Assembly (NCBI RefSeq): GCF_001194135.2
Contig: NC_068983.1
Coordinates: forward strand, 136,674,939-136,738,938
Direction of reading: 5' to 3'
DNA: 64,000 bases
Origin: Octopus bimaculoides
Lineage: Eukaryota
Shown: positions 1 to 13,558 of the stretch, in pieces
How the letters are laid out: every line of letters starts with the position of its first letter
Numbering within the stretch: the first letter of the stretch is position 1
The notes under the pieces: model-generated
The model's input: only the letters and a program-made list of their open reading frames with translations
Told to the model about the DNA's origin: nothing
Database searches by the model: none
Translations under genes and position numbers: made by a program

Positions 1-1356
1 AACATTAACTAAGTCACAGGCCACTGGAACCTCTGTATTTGTCTGAGCTCCTAGATTAGCTGCAAAATCTCTCTTGGATCAAAACTTTATTGTGTTAAGA
101 AAAAAGAACAAAACAAATGGATACACTGAATAAAGTAGTCCTAAACACATTGAATAAAAAACAGTTTAGTCATAACTCAAATGCCTTTGATCATAAGAAA
201 GACTCTATCAGTGTTAACTCAAGGGTTAAGTAATAACAACTAGATCACTGACTCAATTTTTGCCCTAAGTTTCTCTTCTATGATTTTGCCAGTAAGTGGC
301 CAACCTATACTTTCACAAGTGTATGTACTAAAACACATGTGCATTAGACATATGTGCAATGAACTGGTTAGTGTTTCAAAAGCTAAATTTATTTCACTCT
401 GACTCAAACAGATCTTCATTCTGACTGCAAATGTCCAACTATTATTTTAATAGGTTATCATTTTTTGTTGGTCTGTTTTTCATTTTATTTGAGATCCTGG
501 TAGAATTGTGCATGATAACTTGTTTACCTTACCCATATATGTAATGTCACTTTTAAATGATGTTGTGAACTGCATGGAGTTTGCTGCCACTGTTTTTAAG
601 TATCTATTTTTTCTTTTACATGTCAATCTGCCTCTATTGCATATCTCTCTTTCTGTCTTTCTCGTTCTCTCTCTCTCTCTCTTTTCTTTCTTTCTCTCTC
701 TCTTATTGTTAGACATCTTATTTAGTAAAGTGTAAATATTTTATAGGGAGTTAGTGATTATATCCTTTGGGGTATAATTAATTTAACTCCTTCCTACAAC
801 ATGTAGGGTTATGTATACCAGCTGTCCATTATCAAACATGAATAATTACTTCAATTTGAGAAAACTAATAGGGTGTCAGTGACATCAGCATGAATTATTT
901 TCCCATTACACCAGCATTCTACATGCACATACACATACATGTTTGTATTTGTAATCTCATATTTATTTATCATAAAATCTAATAGTAAAGTATTTTGAGA
1001 GAGTTGCTTTCATTATTTTGTTTTGATTTTTTTTCCTGTTTAGTTTAGTAATATTTGTGCATACAGCATGTTCTGAGTTGTAGTTAGCTACTGTATGAAT
1101 GTTAATGAAAAATGTACCATTTTGTTTTAGCAGTTCTCAGAATTCTGATATAAATGTATAATTTAGTAACCTCTACAGAGAAGTTTTCTCCCCTATAAAT
1201 ATACCTAAAGAAACTTGATGTTGTATAGTAGTTTAAATAATGTTCTTACTAACTGAAACTGTTTTATATCTTTAAGGCAAAGTAATATATTTTGGAGAAA
1301 TATTAAAATTTCTCTTCCCAAAATCAATTGTTTCTCTCTCCCTCCCACTCTCTCTT

Positions 1357-1419
<63 letters not shown>

Positions 1420-2189
1420 CTCTCTATCTATCTCTTGCCTTTAATTTATTAATATCTAGATATATTTTGTCATATTTCTGAATTAGATTTTGTCTACTGT
1501 GTCTTAATTGATGACATGGTTACTGTTATTTCCATGTGGCCTCTCATATATTAAGTAATAAATTCTATATTATTATGATTGAATCCAATATCAAGGGTTT
1601 TCTTTCATGTTCCAATAAGTATTTTTGAGATAACTGTTCCCAGTGTTGACCCCAGATAATGTGTATTTATTTTTATGTGTCAGCATAGGTGACTATATAA
1701 TGTTTCTATATGTGATGGGGAGAGAGTGAGTGTGTGTGGTACATACAAATACACACACACACATATACATTATGTATGTATATATATATATATATATATA
1801 TATAAGCATTGGTGCTAGTGTACCACATAAACAGCACCCACCACACTGTAATGCGGTTATCGTTAGGAAGGCCATACTGCCATAGAAACCATGCCAGAAC
1901 TGACAATGGAGCCTGATGCCACTCCCGGCCTTACCAGCTCCTATCAAACCATCCAACCCATGCCAGCATGAAAAGTTACCATTGGTTTTTCACATCCACT
2001 ATTGCACCTGACAACGTAGACAATTAATCAAACCTGCTGGCAGGAAGCACATAGCTTTTTTATTAATGGAAGTAAAAAATACTATGTTGATCAGTTTGTA
2101 GGGAATAAACCCTAGAATGTAAAAAAAAAACATTCTGAGAGGGACAGATTTATCTTCACTTGAATGATATCAGTTGTGTCTGAAATGGG

Positions 2190-2715
2190 TCAGTTTGTTT
2201 CTATCTTTTCAATCACTAGGCTCTAAACAGGGAAAACCATGATTTTTTGTCATGAGAAATTTCACTTTTTGAATTCAAGAAGGCACCCAGATTGTGCAAA
2301 TTTTTGAGAATAATTGTCCTCTTCACAAAGCAAAGTTTGCACTATCTACTTCCATTGAGCATCCTGCCTTTGTGCAGGGCTCTGGCACATTCACTAATAT
2401 CTTTTTTACAGTAGGCACACAGCTGAACTAAACTCTTAAGTTATGTCCATTGAATAATCTTTTATACCTATGGATCTGTGTGAAATATTTATCTACTAAA
2501 CTAAGGAAAGTACTTCCCACACAGGTTTTGACATTGAGTGAGAAAAATGGACCAGCCAAAGGAGTCTATGGTGGTACTTTAGTTTTGTGGGTCTTAGGTC
2601 AGAGCATATAGGTGATATTGTCTTTAAACCTGCCAGCTACTGAAGCGTCATTGTAATAGCAGGCTGTTATGTCAAGAAAGTTTTATTTGAGAAGAGATTC
2701 GAATTTTTGACACAG
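2190..2715 (-). mobile_element. Degenerate Penelope-like element fragment (RT thumb to GIY-YIG region)
   Basis: Minus strand reads NVKTCVGSTFLSLVDKYFTQIHRYKRLFNGHNLRV*FSCVPTVKKI, then GSR*CKLC and LNSKSEI; these resemble PLE motifs. Boundaries approximate. Confidence 0.65.
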
Positions 2716-2967
2716 CCATCCCCTATGTATGTACACACATACATATATATGTTTAAAAATATACAATATATATACTCTCTCTCTCATGCACACACACACA
2801 CACACACAAACAAACAATATACACATTGTTGAATGGTCGTTTACTACTCATGAGTTCCTCCACCCTTTGATGGGTCTTATTTTTCATCCCACAGGTGTCC
2901 AACAATCACACTCCTTACCAAGCAAATTCAGTGAGGTAGCCAGTTTAGTTGCTGATGATGTGACCAT

Positions 2968-3710
2968 ATGACATGTTGTACTGGGTTACCAGTAGTGTTC
3001 AAGAAAATTCTTGGGATAAACTGGACAATGGCGATCAGTGATGTAGAGGTACTTGAGAGTTGTAGTAGTAGTGTAAAATCAATCATTCTGCAAAGTCGTT
3101 TGAGATGGGGTGGACACCTGGTGGTGAGAATGAATGATAAAAGACTACCTAAGCAACGTTTGTATGGTGAACTGAAATATTGTAAAAGGCCAGCACATAA
3201 ACCCAAAATGAGGTTTAAAGACTGCCTTAAAACTGCTTTGACAGAAACAGGAATTTCAGATGTTGATTGGGAGAGAGAAGCACAAGTCCAGAATAGATGG
3301 AGGGAAAGAGTGCACAGTGGTTGCTCAAAGTTTGAAAGATCAGGAGAGAGCTTAGAAAGAATGAACCAGTAGAAAATGAAGGAGTTTTAATTTTCACGTG
3401 TGTGATTTGTAGGAGGCAATGCTTAAGTCGTGCATGTCTGGTCAGCCATCATTGAAGCCACAGGAATTGATCCCTTGCAAATTATGATACAGCTATTGTT
3501 GACAACAGAGCATATGCAACTTGTGGAAAGGTGTGCTGTTTGGTTGGAGAATTAAAAATACATGTCAAAAGATTTCATACTGTGGAACTGGGTTTTTTTC
3601 TGCCAGCCAACACAACCGTGCATTATGCAATAAAATGTGCAAATCTTTGGCAGGGTTCACGAGTCATATAAGGGCCTCACATTCCAATATCAATTACTCA
3701 TTTCAATGAT
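2968..3710 (+). mobile_element. RTE-clade LINE 3' fragment(s)
   Basis: KKILGINW...EVLE...LQSRLRWGGHLVVRMNDKRLPKQRLYGEL...KRPAHKPKMRFKDCLK is typical of the RTE C-terminus; it is followed by C2H2-like remnants (CNKMCKSLAGFTSH). Confidence 0.85.
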
Positions 3711-5087
3711 TCTTTCTAGCAATGGCTTTGCTCATATACAAGAGAGCAACCAGTATATGTGTATGTGTGTGTGTGTGTGTGTGTAATTATGTATGTATGC
3801 ATGCATAAAATGAAGAGAGAGAGAGAGAGGCTTTCACACAGTTTCTGTCTATCAAATTATGTGTATATGTGTGTGAGAGTATAAATATGTGAATGTGTAT
3901 ATATGTTTATATATATGCATATATATATATGTGTGTATATATATATCATGATGATGATATATATATATTCACATATGGATGTATATGTATGTGTGTAAGT
4001 ATATGTGTGTGTTTATTGAAGGAGAAGTTGGACATAAGAGGAATTGTATGCAGTATAGAGGAGGCTGTGCTGGTTTGGTCATGTGATGTGGATGGATGAG
4101 TGCAGTTGCATAAAGAAGTGCCTATCAGAGATGACAGAGGACCAAGATATGTGGTGCATTGCTGTACTTGAGAAGACCCACCTATCACAACATAATTGAG
4201 ATCCTACAATCAAAGTTCCACATAAAAAGCACTGGTGCTGGTGCCACTTAAAAAGCACCTGTGATGGAGCTACATAAAAAGCACCCAAAACACTGTGTAG
4301 AGTGGTTGGCATTAGGAAGGGCATCCAGTTATAAAAACCAAGCCAAAACAGACTATGGAACCTGGTGCAGCTCCTTACCAGTCCCTGTCAAGCCACTCAA
4401 CCCATGCAAATATGGAAAACAGACATTAAATGACAATGATGATGATATTGAGATAGATGTATATTTGTTTAATTCTTTTCCTAAGCATATTTTTATTTCT
4501 CTATAAGTTGCTAATTAAAATTAATCTATACATCACAAGTGGAATCCATTTTATTTTTTTCTTTATAGTTAGTTAACCACTGGGTTTATCACATCTGATG
4601 ATCATTTATTTATATATAAATCAAAATACCTTCAAGTTATAATAATAATAGAAACACAGTTCTATGTTAGAATATCTGTCTGTAGTGCTATTTAAAGAAT
4701 TACATTTCATGCTTGGAAGAAAGCAACACAAAGTTGTTTTCTTATGACAACTAGTTTTTTTCTATTTTCACCTAATGATTAAATATCAGTTATTTATCTA
4801 TCTCATTTTAATATGGTTGAATGACTAATTTATTCTCTTTCCTTCTTTTACCAATATCATATCACTTTAATATGTATTTCTGTATGTTATGTACATTCTG
4901 TAAAATAGTTGGTTTTAGTAAGGGCACCCAGCCACAGAGACCATTTCCAGAAATGGAGCTTATATGTGAAACCCATTTAGGATGGCAGTAACTCTGAAAC
5001 TGATTCAAACCAAGACGATCTGTCCAATACATTCCAACATGTAAAAATGATGTAAATGATGATGAGTGTATTTGTATAATCATATAT

Positions 5088-5388
5088 GTGGCACATAAAA
5101 AACACCATTCAAGCGTGGCCAATGCCAGTGCTGCCTGAATGGCATGCGTGCCAGTGACACGTAAAAAGCACCATTTGAGCATGGCCGATGCCAGTGTCGC
5201 CTGATTGGCTCCCATGCCAGTGGCACATAAAAAACACCCACTACACTCTCAAAGTGTTTGGTGTTAGGAAGGGCATCCAGATGTAGAAACCTTGCCAAAT
5301 CAGATTGGAACCTGGTGCAGCCTCCCAGCTTGCCAGTTTTCAGTCAAACCATTAAAGTGAACATTAAATGACAATGATGATGATGATA
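5088..5388 (+). mobile_element. SINE/LINE-tail family with internal tandem repeats and (ATG)n tail; other copies near 1805-1975, 4200-4445, 11950-12080, 15575-15650, 47990-48120 (+) and 8460-8520, 39232-39293, 59482-59520 (-)
   Basis: Recurrent gccagtggcacrtaaaaagcacc units followed by gttaggaagggcatccagctgtagaaac...ccaacccatgctagcatggaaagcggacgttaaatgatgatg. Confidence 0.8.
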
Positions 5389-6399
5389 CAAGACCTATCT
5401 CACTTGATATATGTATGTCTTTACCAGTCAAATAGCAAGTTGGACTATTTTTAACAATTTATTGGTTGTGATGTGCCGAACACAGCCTTCAACCCTTTCA
5501 TTGATAACATAAGTGCTAGATAGTGAAATAATAGATTCAAAATTTGGTTTTCTTCCAGAACAGTAAAGAATATGAATGTGTATGTGTTTGTATAAAAGCA
5601 AGGCATCAAATATTAATCTGTTTTTGCTTGTCCTAAAATATATCAGAATGGTGAATTGGTAGTCTATTAATCTATATTAATAATAACTATTAATTCTCTG
5701 TCATTCAATTCAATTAGTCACTGGAGAGAGATAACAAAGAAACCAAGAAATATTGGCAGACCAGTGAATTGTAATTAAAAAATATAATTGTCTCATGTGT
5801 GTGTTACATCTGAAAACTTGACAACTTTATCAAGTACATGTTGTTTCTTACTGACTTAACTTTATATTATCTTTCCTTTTACTTGTTTAGTCTCATTATA
5901 TTGAGGCTATGAAGGGACACCACCTTGAAGGCTTTAGTTGAACAAATTGACCCCTGCCCTTTTTTTTAAAGCCTGGTACTTATTCTATCAGTCTCTTTTT
6001 GCTAAACTCCTTCCTGTGACATAAACAAACCAGCACCAGTTGTCAAGTGGTGGTGGGGGCGTAAAACACACACATGGGTATATGTATATATATGGCACTT
6101 CATTGGCGACTGTGTATATAGTCACTCAAACATCTGCAAATGTTCCCTTGTTATTCTTCTACCCACTTTATCCAAGTAATATACTAATGGGGAATTTAAC
6201 TCAATGTTTTAAGCTAATGAGATCCTTGTCAATTTTATATTGCTCTAATTTCCTATAATTGTGAGGTCTGATATACTGGTATCTTTTATGGCTAGAAGCT
6301 AGGCCTCTGAGGGTTTAAACCAAGTAAGATTTGAATGATACTCAAGCATACTGTTGGCTCAGCTAAATGCAACTTGTAGTAATTTAATGTGTGTGTGTG

Positions 6400-7560
6400 T
6401 ATGTTGAAATCAGTTTACATCCATTTTTCCACATTTGTATGGGTTGGCTGGGTCTTCTCCAACATAGTGTTTCATCATTTGCTGCTATCCTTTGTCTTCT
6501 CCTTCAGGAAGTTCAGTCTCCTGAAATCTGTTTTCACTACTTCCCATACCTTGTTTGGTTTTCCTTTTCTATTGTTCCTTCCACTTGGATTGTTTAGGCC
6601 TTCTTTACCAATATGCCATCCCCGTTCCAGCTCAATCTTTTGCCTTGCATATTACATCTGATTGCAGTTATACCTAATTTTTCCCACAGCTCATTTGTGC
6701 TTTGTTTTTCTTAAACACTAACATTACACATCAAGTTAAGCATGCTAATTTTATTTCTTTCCTACCTTCATATGTCCTCTGCATTGAATACTCAATTTTA
6801 CTATCAGGCAGCATTACATTTCTTACATATACATCAGTCCATCTGCCCTTAACTTGGAAAAATAATCCTTTTCAGCTCCTTAAACTTTTTTCAACTCATT
6901 CTTGCTCTAGTTACTATATTTTCAGAATGCCTTCTCCATTGTTAAATAGTTCACTTAGGTAATGAAGACTATCAACTACTTCAGGGAATCCCTCTGAGTG
7001 TTTATATCATGGATACTCTTACTGCTGAGTATTCCACTTTTGTTTATCTGCTGCTTACATATTCCTGTATTCTCGTTGTGCTTCTTGCTCACCTCTAATT
7101 TACTTTGGATTAACAATATAGAATTCATACCTATACCTTTTCTTCATATCAAGCATGCACACTTCCTAGATGTTTGTAGAGACTTGAGTTTCTTGCTAAA
7201 TCAAAATGTTTGTCTTTTTTCAGTTTACTTTAAAACCTCTCATTTGGAATTTTTTGTCAAATTCTTCAACAGATTCAGCTATAAGATTTGGGTCATTGGT
7301 TTACAAAAATTCCCAAGGACAGCCAGTCCTAAACTTCTCTACCATATCATGGAAAAACTATATTGAAGCAGTGGAAGATCAGAACTGAGTCTGATGGACA
7401 CCAACCTGCTTTCCAAATCTCTTGTCAACTCTCACTTTGCTGTACAGCTTTCACAACCTGTTCGTCTATGCTTAATTTTCTTAGCAGCCCTCAGGCTACA
7501 GAACATTATACTTTGTTAAAAGGTTTCTCCAGCTCAGTTACTGCTAGAGGCTTGCCCTTT
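6400..7560 (-). mobile_element. Degenerate RTE-clade LINE reverse-transcriptase fragment
   Basis: Minus-strand remnants of the EEFRTGCPWELL and LRWYGH/VEG/GRPKKTW motifs; similar to the element at 48122-49650; many stops. Confidence 0.65.
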
Positions 7561-8837
7561 GCTGAGAACTTCTTTAATTATCTCACTAGGAAGAAGCATC
7601 ATTTGTACCCCCATCCTAATATAAATCCAGACTTCATCTCATCTAACTTAATTCCTTTCTAGATTAGCTGCATTATAACTCAGTCTGTTACTTAACATTG
7701 TCAGTCAGTTTGAGACCTCTGTAGTTACTTCTCTTTTGTCCTTTGAAGAATTGATGATGATGATGATGATACTGCAATATCAGTCACTGGAATGTCTCCT
7801 CCCTTGTTCAACTGAGTAATGCATGTCCTAAAACATCTCAGTCATTATCTGTGATGATGTAGTTATTGCTTTCACACCCTTAATGGCCTTTTCAGTTATA
7901 CAGTAATCTTTTATGCTAGCATTTCTATGCCTTCTTCTCAGCACCAGTGAAGATGAGTGAGCCACTTTCAATGCATATATATATTTCCCCAATAGAATCC
8001 AAATTCATACTGTGATTAATAGATCTGATAAACTGTTTAACATTGAGAAATTTATAATTACATTGATAGTAAATTCAGTTTATATTTACCTTGAACAGAC
8101 AGTCACAAAAGCACTATTCAAGTATTAGTTCAATATCTCCAATCGGAATTTACTTCAATACCTTGTTGTGTGTTGAATTTATGCCTAAATAATGGCTTAA
8201 TACAATGTACTTGAAGGAAAATAGAGCTCATCTTTAGCAGTTATTCATTTTTCCCATCTTTTACATTATTATATTGCATTTGTTTTAAGATATGGTGAAG
8301 AAACTATTCCATCTTGATTATATACCTAAACTTTTGAAATTGTGGCTCTATCACATCAGAAATCATCATTAGGCATCTTTAACTTGCCAGTGTTCTAGGG
8401 CTTTAATTCATACAGGAGACTTATTAAACAAAGTGACTTTAGAAGCTTTTTAAAAAAGAATATCATATTCATCATTTAATTTCCATGTTCTATGGTGGCA
8501 TGGGTTGGATGGATTGACAAGGATCTGATGAGTCCAAAGACTACCTCATNNNNNNNNNNCCCTGAAACTAGTCTAGTCTGCAGATGCCAAACCAGCAGGG
8601 GGACACTGCTGACCTCCCCTGTTCGAAGGTTATAAAGGACACAGGTTCGTGTGTCACATAGCTAGCTAGAGGCGATGGCTTCTTGGAGCTAATTCACGGC
8701 AGCTTTCGTCCTAATTTTGGGACTGCCATGTTGGCTTGGCGATAACTATTAATATATATATATATATATATATATATGGCTGATTGGTGTTAAGAAGGGT
8801 ATCAAGCTGTAGAAATATATATATATATATACACACA

Positions 8838-10017
8838 CAGGTTGTTCAGGTTAAATTTGACTGTTTGCACAAAAGTGAAAACAAAACACAATATCCCATC
8901 AAAAAATAAAAGTATTTTAGAAAAATTTTAAATATCAACTAGTTTATGGATGGGAAATAACAGTTTACTTAAAGTAGCCACCTACAGCTTCCACCATGGC
9001 CTCGAGATGGTTCAGGAACTTGGCACATGTGTTTCTCATTGTGTCCCTGAGAATGTCTTTGAACACCTTGTTCTTGACCACCAGCTTGACTTTGATGTTG
9101 CAGGCAGTGTGGTTGGTATCTTTCTCAGCCTTGTCCCACACATAGTAATCCAATTGTAGAAGCAGGTTACAATCGTAGAAAGCAGAAGGCCAGAAATTGA
9201 GCTGGTGATGTTGTGGAAATTCTCCAACAGCTACATCTGGCTCTTTGTGGATTCACATAGCTATCTGAATTGAGCCTAAAGCCTTGTTCAAGGATGTGGG
9301 GCAGCATGATGCCACCCTCAATGGAGAAACATCCCAAAACCATCACAGTTTGAGGGAACTTGGTTTTCATGATATGTGGGATATCACATGGATTATAGGC
9401 AATCCACTTGTTTTGGGTGTTGTGCAACTGGTCCTGGCAGAAGTTCTTTTCATTTCAGAACTAGATTATCCCCAGCTCAACAGGATGCCTCAGCTTGTTT
9501 AAGAGCTCCTTTGTCGTCATCAAACAATTCTGCTTGGTCTTGGCTGTCAGAATTTGTCTTTTGGGCCTCTTGTATGAGTGGTAGCAAAGATCCTCATTCA
9601 AGCCCACCTTCATGGTGGCAACTCCAACATCCATCTCTCTTTTACCAATGCCCAGATTCCCTTGCTCAGATCTTCCATCACTTTGTCCTGCAGTTGTTGG
9701 ATGAATCCTGGCATGTAGATGCAGTCAGAATGTCTGCTGTGTCCCTCTCATCCTGCTGGGCACAGCTTCATAGTTTCCATTACAGTTATCGATGTCATGT
9801 CTTACAACCTTTACTTTGTTCACAGACATTGAGCATTAGATATGACGTTGGCATTTTGATACCCAGCGTGAATCATGATACAGGTAACTCTTTTCCAATA
9901 TTTAGATGGATTCCAGTCCTCCATGTCATCTAACTTTTTCTCAACTATAACTTTAATCTCTATGTTCTCCATCGCCGTTGACATAAAACAATCATCGAAT
10001 TTAGCCCAAACACCTTG
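8838..10017 (-). mobile_element. Near full-length degenerate Tc1/mariner (IS630-Tc1-mariner, probably DD37D/maT-like) transposon
   Basis: Imperfect TIRs (CAGGTTGTTCAGGTTAAATTTGA left; reverse complement of the right end CAAGGTGTTTGGGCTAAATTCGA) with TA on the right. Minus-strand transposase remnants: IPHIMKTKFPQTVMVLGCFS and MDYYVWDKAEKDTN...LEAMVEAVGGYFK. Confidence 0.85.
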
Positions 10018-11828
10018 TATATACGTATGCACACACGCATGCGCGCGGATAAACTGCATGTGACAACAGAAGAATTAGACCTCGATATCATTAGAAATTG
10101 AGGACTAAATTTATTAAATGACTCTAGTAGGAAACATTTACATTCAGGATTCAGAGTTTCCGTGTCAACAATTCAATGAAATTTGCACTTCATCAGCTTA
10201 TGTAAGTTTAATGCATACTTGCAGTATGTTTTATACGGGAGCGAACACCGCGAGTAAAAGCTGTCATCGGTGCAAAAGAAATTTTGCCATTAAATTTTTA
10301 TTGTTCAGGGGGAACAACTCTTCCAGACTTGTTTGTAAGAACTTTGCCAAAAACTACCGTTTTATTTTTAATTTTAACATTTAAATTCTTACTTTTATTT
10401 TTATTCATAATTTTAAAATGTTGCAGTCTATTTATTTATCTATCTACTTATTTACTATTTTTTCTTTAATCATATAATCCATTATTTCTTATTTTAATAC
10501 TAATGCTAGGATCTTACATTCAAGTCTCAACTGTGTTAACTTCTTAGTTCCATTTGAGAATCTGATACTTCAGCTCTCTATAATACTCTACTTTTAACTT
10601 TTTCTTGATTCTGGTATCAAAAATTTTGTCTGTTACAAGACACACTGTCTTATTATCAGTGGCTACCATATCTAGCTTCTGCTCTATTCTTTCAGTTTGT
10701 AAAATCAAGTCCCATAGCTACTTCACTTTATTGTTTTCAAAGACTTCTGTTCCTGCCCAACAACCATAAATCTTTCATGTGCAAGCAAAGCTGAACCTCT
10801 TACAAAAATTCTGTCGAATTACTATTACAAAACTTCCAGTGAATTACTGTGTCTATACTTTTTGTTTTCCTTCTGCACTTATTGCAGGCATTCGAGTACA
10901 ATTTTTGCTACATTCTGACTTGTATAACTTCACATATTACATATAGGTGAACAGTTGTGCTTATCTTTTTTTTCTCTTGATTCTGTTCCTACAGCCTGTT
11001 CCTATACTACTAAAACCATTCCCTTAGTGTCTTTCTTCAATACCCCTTTCTTCAACTAACATGTGAATATCAGACAAGTTATTCCTTTTGTAAACCACAA
11101 TGGCAGACCACTCTCTGACATGCACTCCTTTAGATTTATCACTGTGATTTCATGGAGACTTGTAAAAATCTTTCAGCTAATAACTAGAAAAAGATCTGGG
11201 TAAATATAATTTCCTCTTTCCATTTTGAAATATAAGGCTTATATGCCTCATTAAGAAGAAAATAATGTCAGCATACAGTTTGTTTTAATATTCATAGTTC
11301 AAGTTTTTTATTTTATTTTAAATTTTCTTTTCATTTTGTTAAAAATGGAAATAACTCACTGTGTATGTGTGAATATGGTTACATTACATGTGTAAATGTT
11401 TAAGATAAGTTGTTTTTTATACAAATAAAATACTTCAACTATCAACATAGAAGTGCTGTTATATTTATTATATTTACATCTACACTACATTTTGATCAGT
11501 TGGATCTCCAATCTTTATTCAGTATCTTTTTCCTTGATGTTTACATTTTACCAAACTGGATATCTTCTAGAAATCATTATTTCTGAATTAAGGTTAATAA
11601 TGTTCTTGTCTACTCAGTCTTTGACACATTCCAAAGTTGAGAATAATTATCTAAAATTATATAATCATATATATTGTTTACCCATGCAAATATACTAAAG
11701 TATTCAATATTCAATATGCACTTTTAGGGAAGCTTGTAGAGCCTAGCTTACATATATTTATGCTTTAGTCTCTAGATCATTACATCATTTCCCTATTTTC
11801 TACAAATGTGTATAAAACATAAAAATAT

Positions 11829-11948
11829 GGTTCTGGCTTCAGTCCCACCGCGTGACAGCTTGGGCAAGTGTCTTCTACTATAGCCTTGGGCCGACCAAAG
11901 CCCTGTGAGTGGATTTGGTAGATGAAAACTGAAAGAAGCCCATTGTAT
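11829..11948 (+). mobile_element. tRNA-type SINE (other copies about 15218-15340 +, 46540-46660 -, 50450-50600 +)
   Basis: ggttcagtcccac B-box-like segment, then ttgggcaagtgtcttctactatagcc...gtgagtggatttggtaga..aaactgaaagaagccc, recurring in the window. Confidence 0.7.
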
Positions 11949-12079
11949 GGAAGGGCATCCAGCTGTAGAAACTCTGCCAGATCAGATTGGAGCCCAGTGC
12001 AGCCTTCTGGCTTGCCAGTCCTCAGTCAAACCGTCCAACCCATGCTAGCATGGAAAGCAGACGTTAAATGATGATGATG

Positions 12080-12133
<54 letters not shown>

Positions 12134-13502
12134 ATTTGTGTGTCTGTGTTTGTCCCCCCACCATCGCTTTCACAACAGATGCTGGTGTGTTTATGTTCCT
12201 GTAACTTAGTGGTTTGGCAAAGGTTTCCTTTGACCATTATATTCATGTTAAATTGCCATCCACTGCTCTTTCCTTCTCTTTGTAACACTCACATTTATCA
12301 GTCACCCCTATCCTATCTATGTGCCTCCCAATTATAATTTCATCCTTATCCCATCACACCACCTGTGGAATGAGGAATGATGTTACATTAGGTCTCTCCA
12401 ATTCAATCCCTCCCTTACCATCATCCCTTCTGTTTTGCTGGCCATTACTCTCTCTCTCTCACCCCATTAGTCCCTTCCCTTTTATTTGTTATTCTTGTCC
12501 ATCACTACCATTCTTTTACCATCATTGATCTCCATTGCTGTGCATCACTTTCTCTCATATTACTCCCTACTTTATCACTCATTGTTGACATCCATTTCTC
12601 TTCCTCTCTCATTTTCAGTGCTCCCTCTTTTGTCACTCTGGCTCACATATCACCCTCTCTTCCACCACCATTCCACTTGTGCTAGTTCTATCCAATCTCA
12701 TATCAAAAATTATTGTGTTGCTGGGTATCACAGAATTGATACATTCTGTAATGACCTATCCAACCCATTCCAGCTTGGAAAAACATGATGATAAAATAAA
12801 TTCTTCTTTATTTCAGTCATGTATTGGTGCTGAGTAGTATTTATTTAATCTTGTCTCATGCTTTAGCTTTACTTATCCACCTGGTATCAGTTGATGACAT
12901 ATATTCATGATATGCTACTTATACATTTCGACTATATTTCTGTTTTTCTTCATTTTTTTGTAAATTCATTGATGTAGTATATTGAAATATAAACATATAT
13001 TATGTATTTTTTAAACTAATGTTTCAGTACATCTTGTTTCAATATTCATAGTATGTTACCACAATAAATGAAAGTTCACCAATGACTTTCTATCCTACTC
13101 TATTTTCCTTAGGTTTCAGGCTACTCAGCTCATGAAGATTTATTTTAAACTATCAAAGCATCATTTAATACTTGTTTTGTTAATAGAAGTGAAGAAGCAG
13201 GTAAAAAAACAATCAAGCCACTTAAGCACTGTTAGTTGGTCGCAAATGATAGAAAATTCAAATATAGCTACTTGCTTCAGTAGTATCCATATACTTTATC
13301 TAATTATCACAAATATATTAGTTATTGAACTCAAAGAAAGTATCTTAAATGTTATGCAGTGGATTGTAGACTTGGTTTTACTGAAAACATTTTACAACTC
13401 ATTCTTATGCCAAAGCAGTGTCACAATAGTCTTGATACTATCAAAATCAAGAAAGCCTTACATGACTTGCAATCTCTTTTGCCATCTAATATATTTTGCT
13501 TG

Positions 13503-13558
<56 letters not shown>

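Noticed and set aside
5088-5260. Regularly spaced gccagtggcacgtaaaaagcacc repeats with variable spacers (CRISPR-like look; also at 41097-41310)
   Set aside because: They are internal repeats of an abundant eukaryotic SINE; the spacers are related to each other, and there are no cas genes or prokaryotic context.
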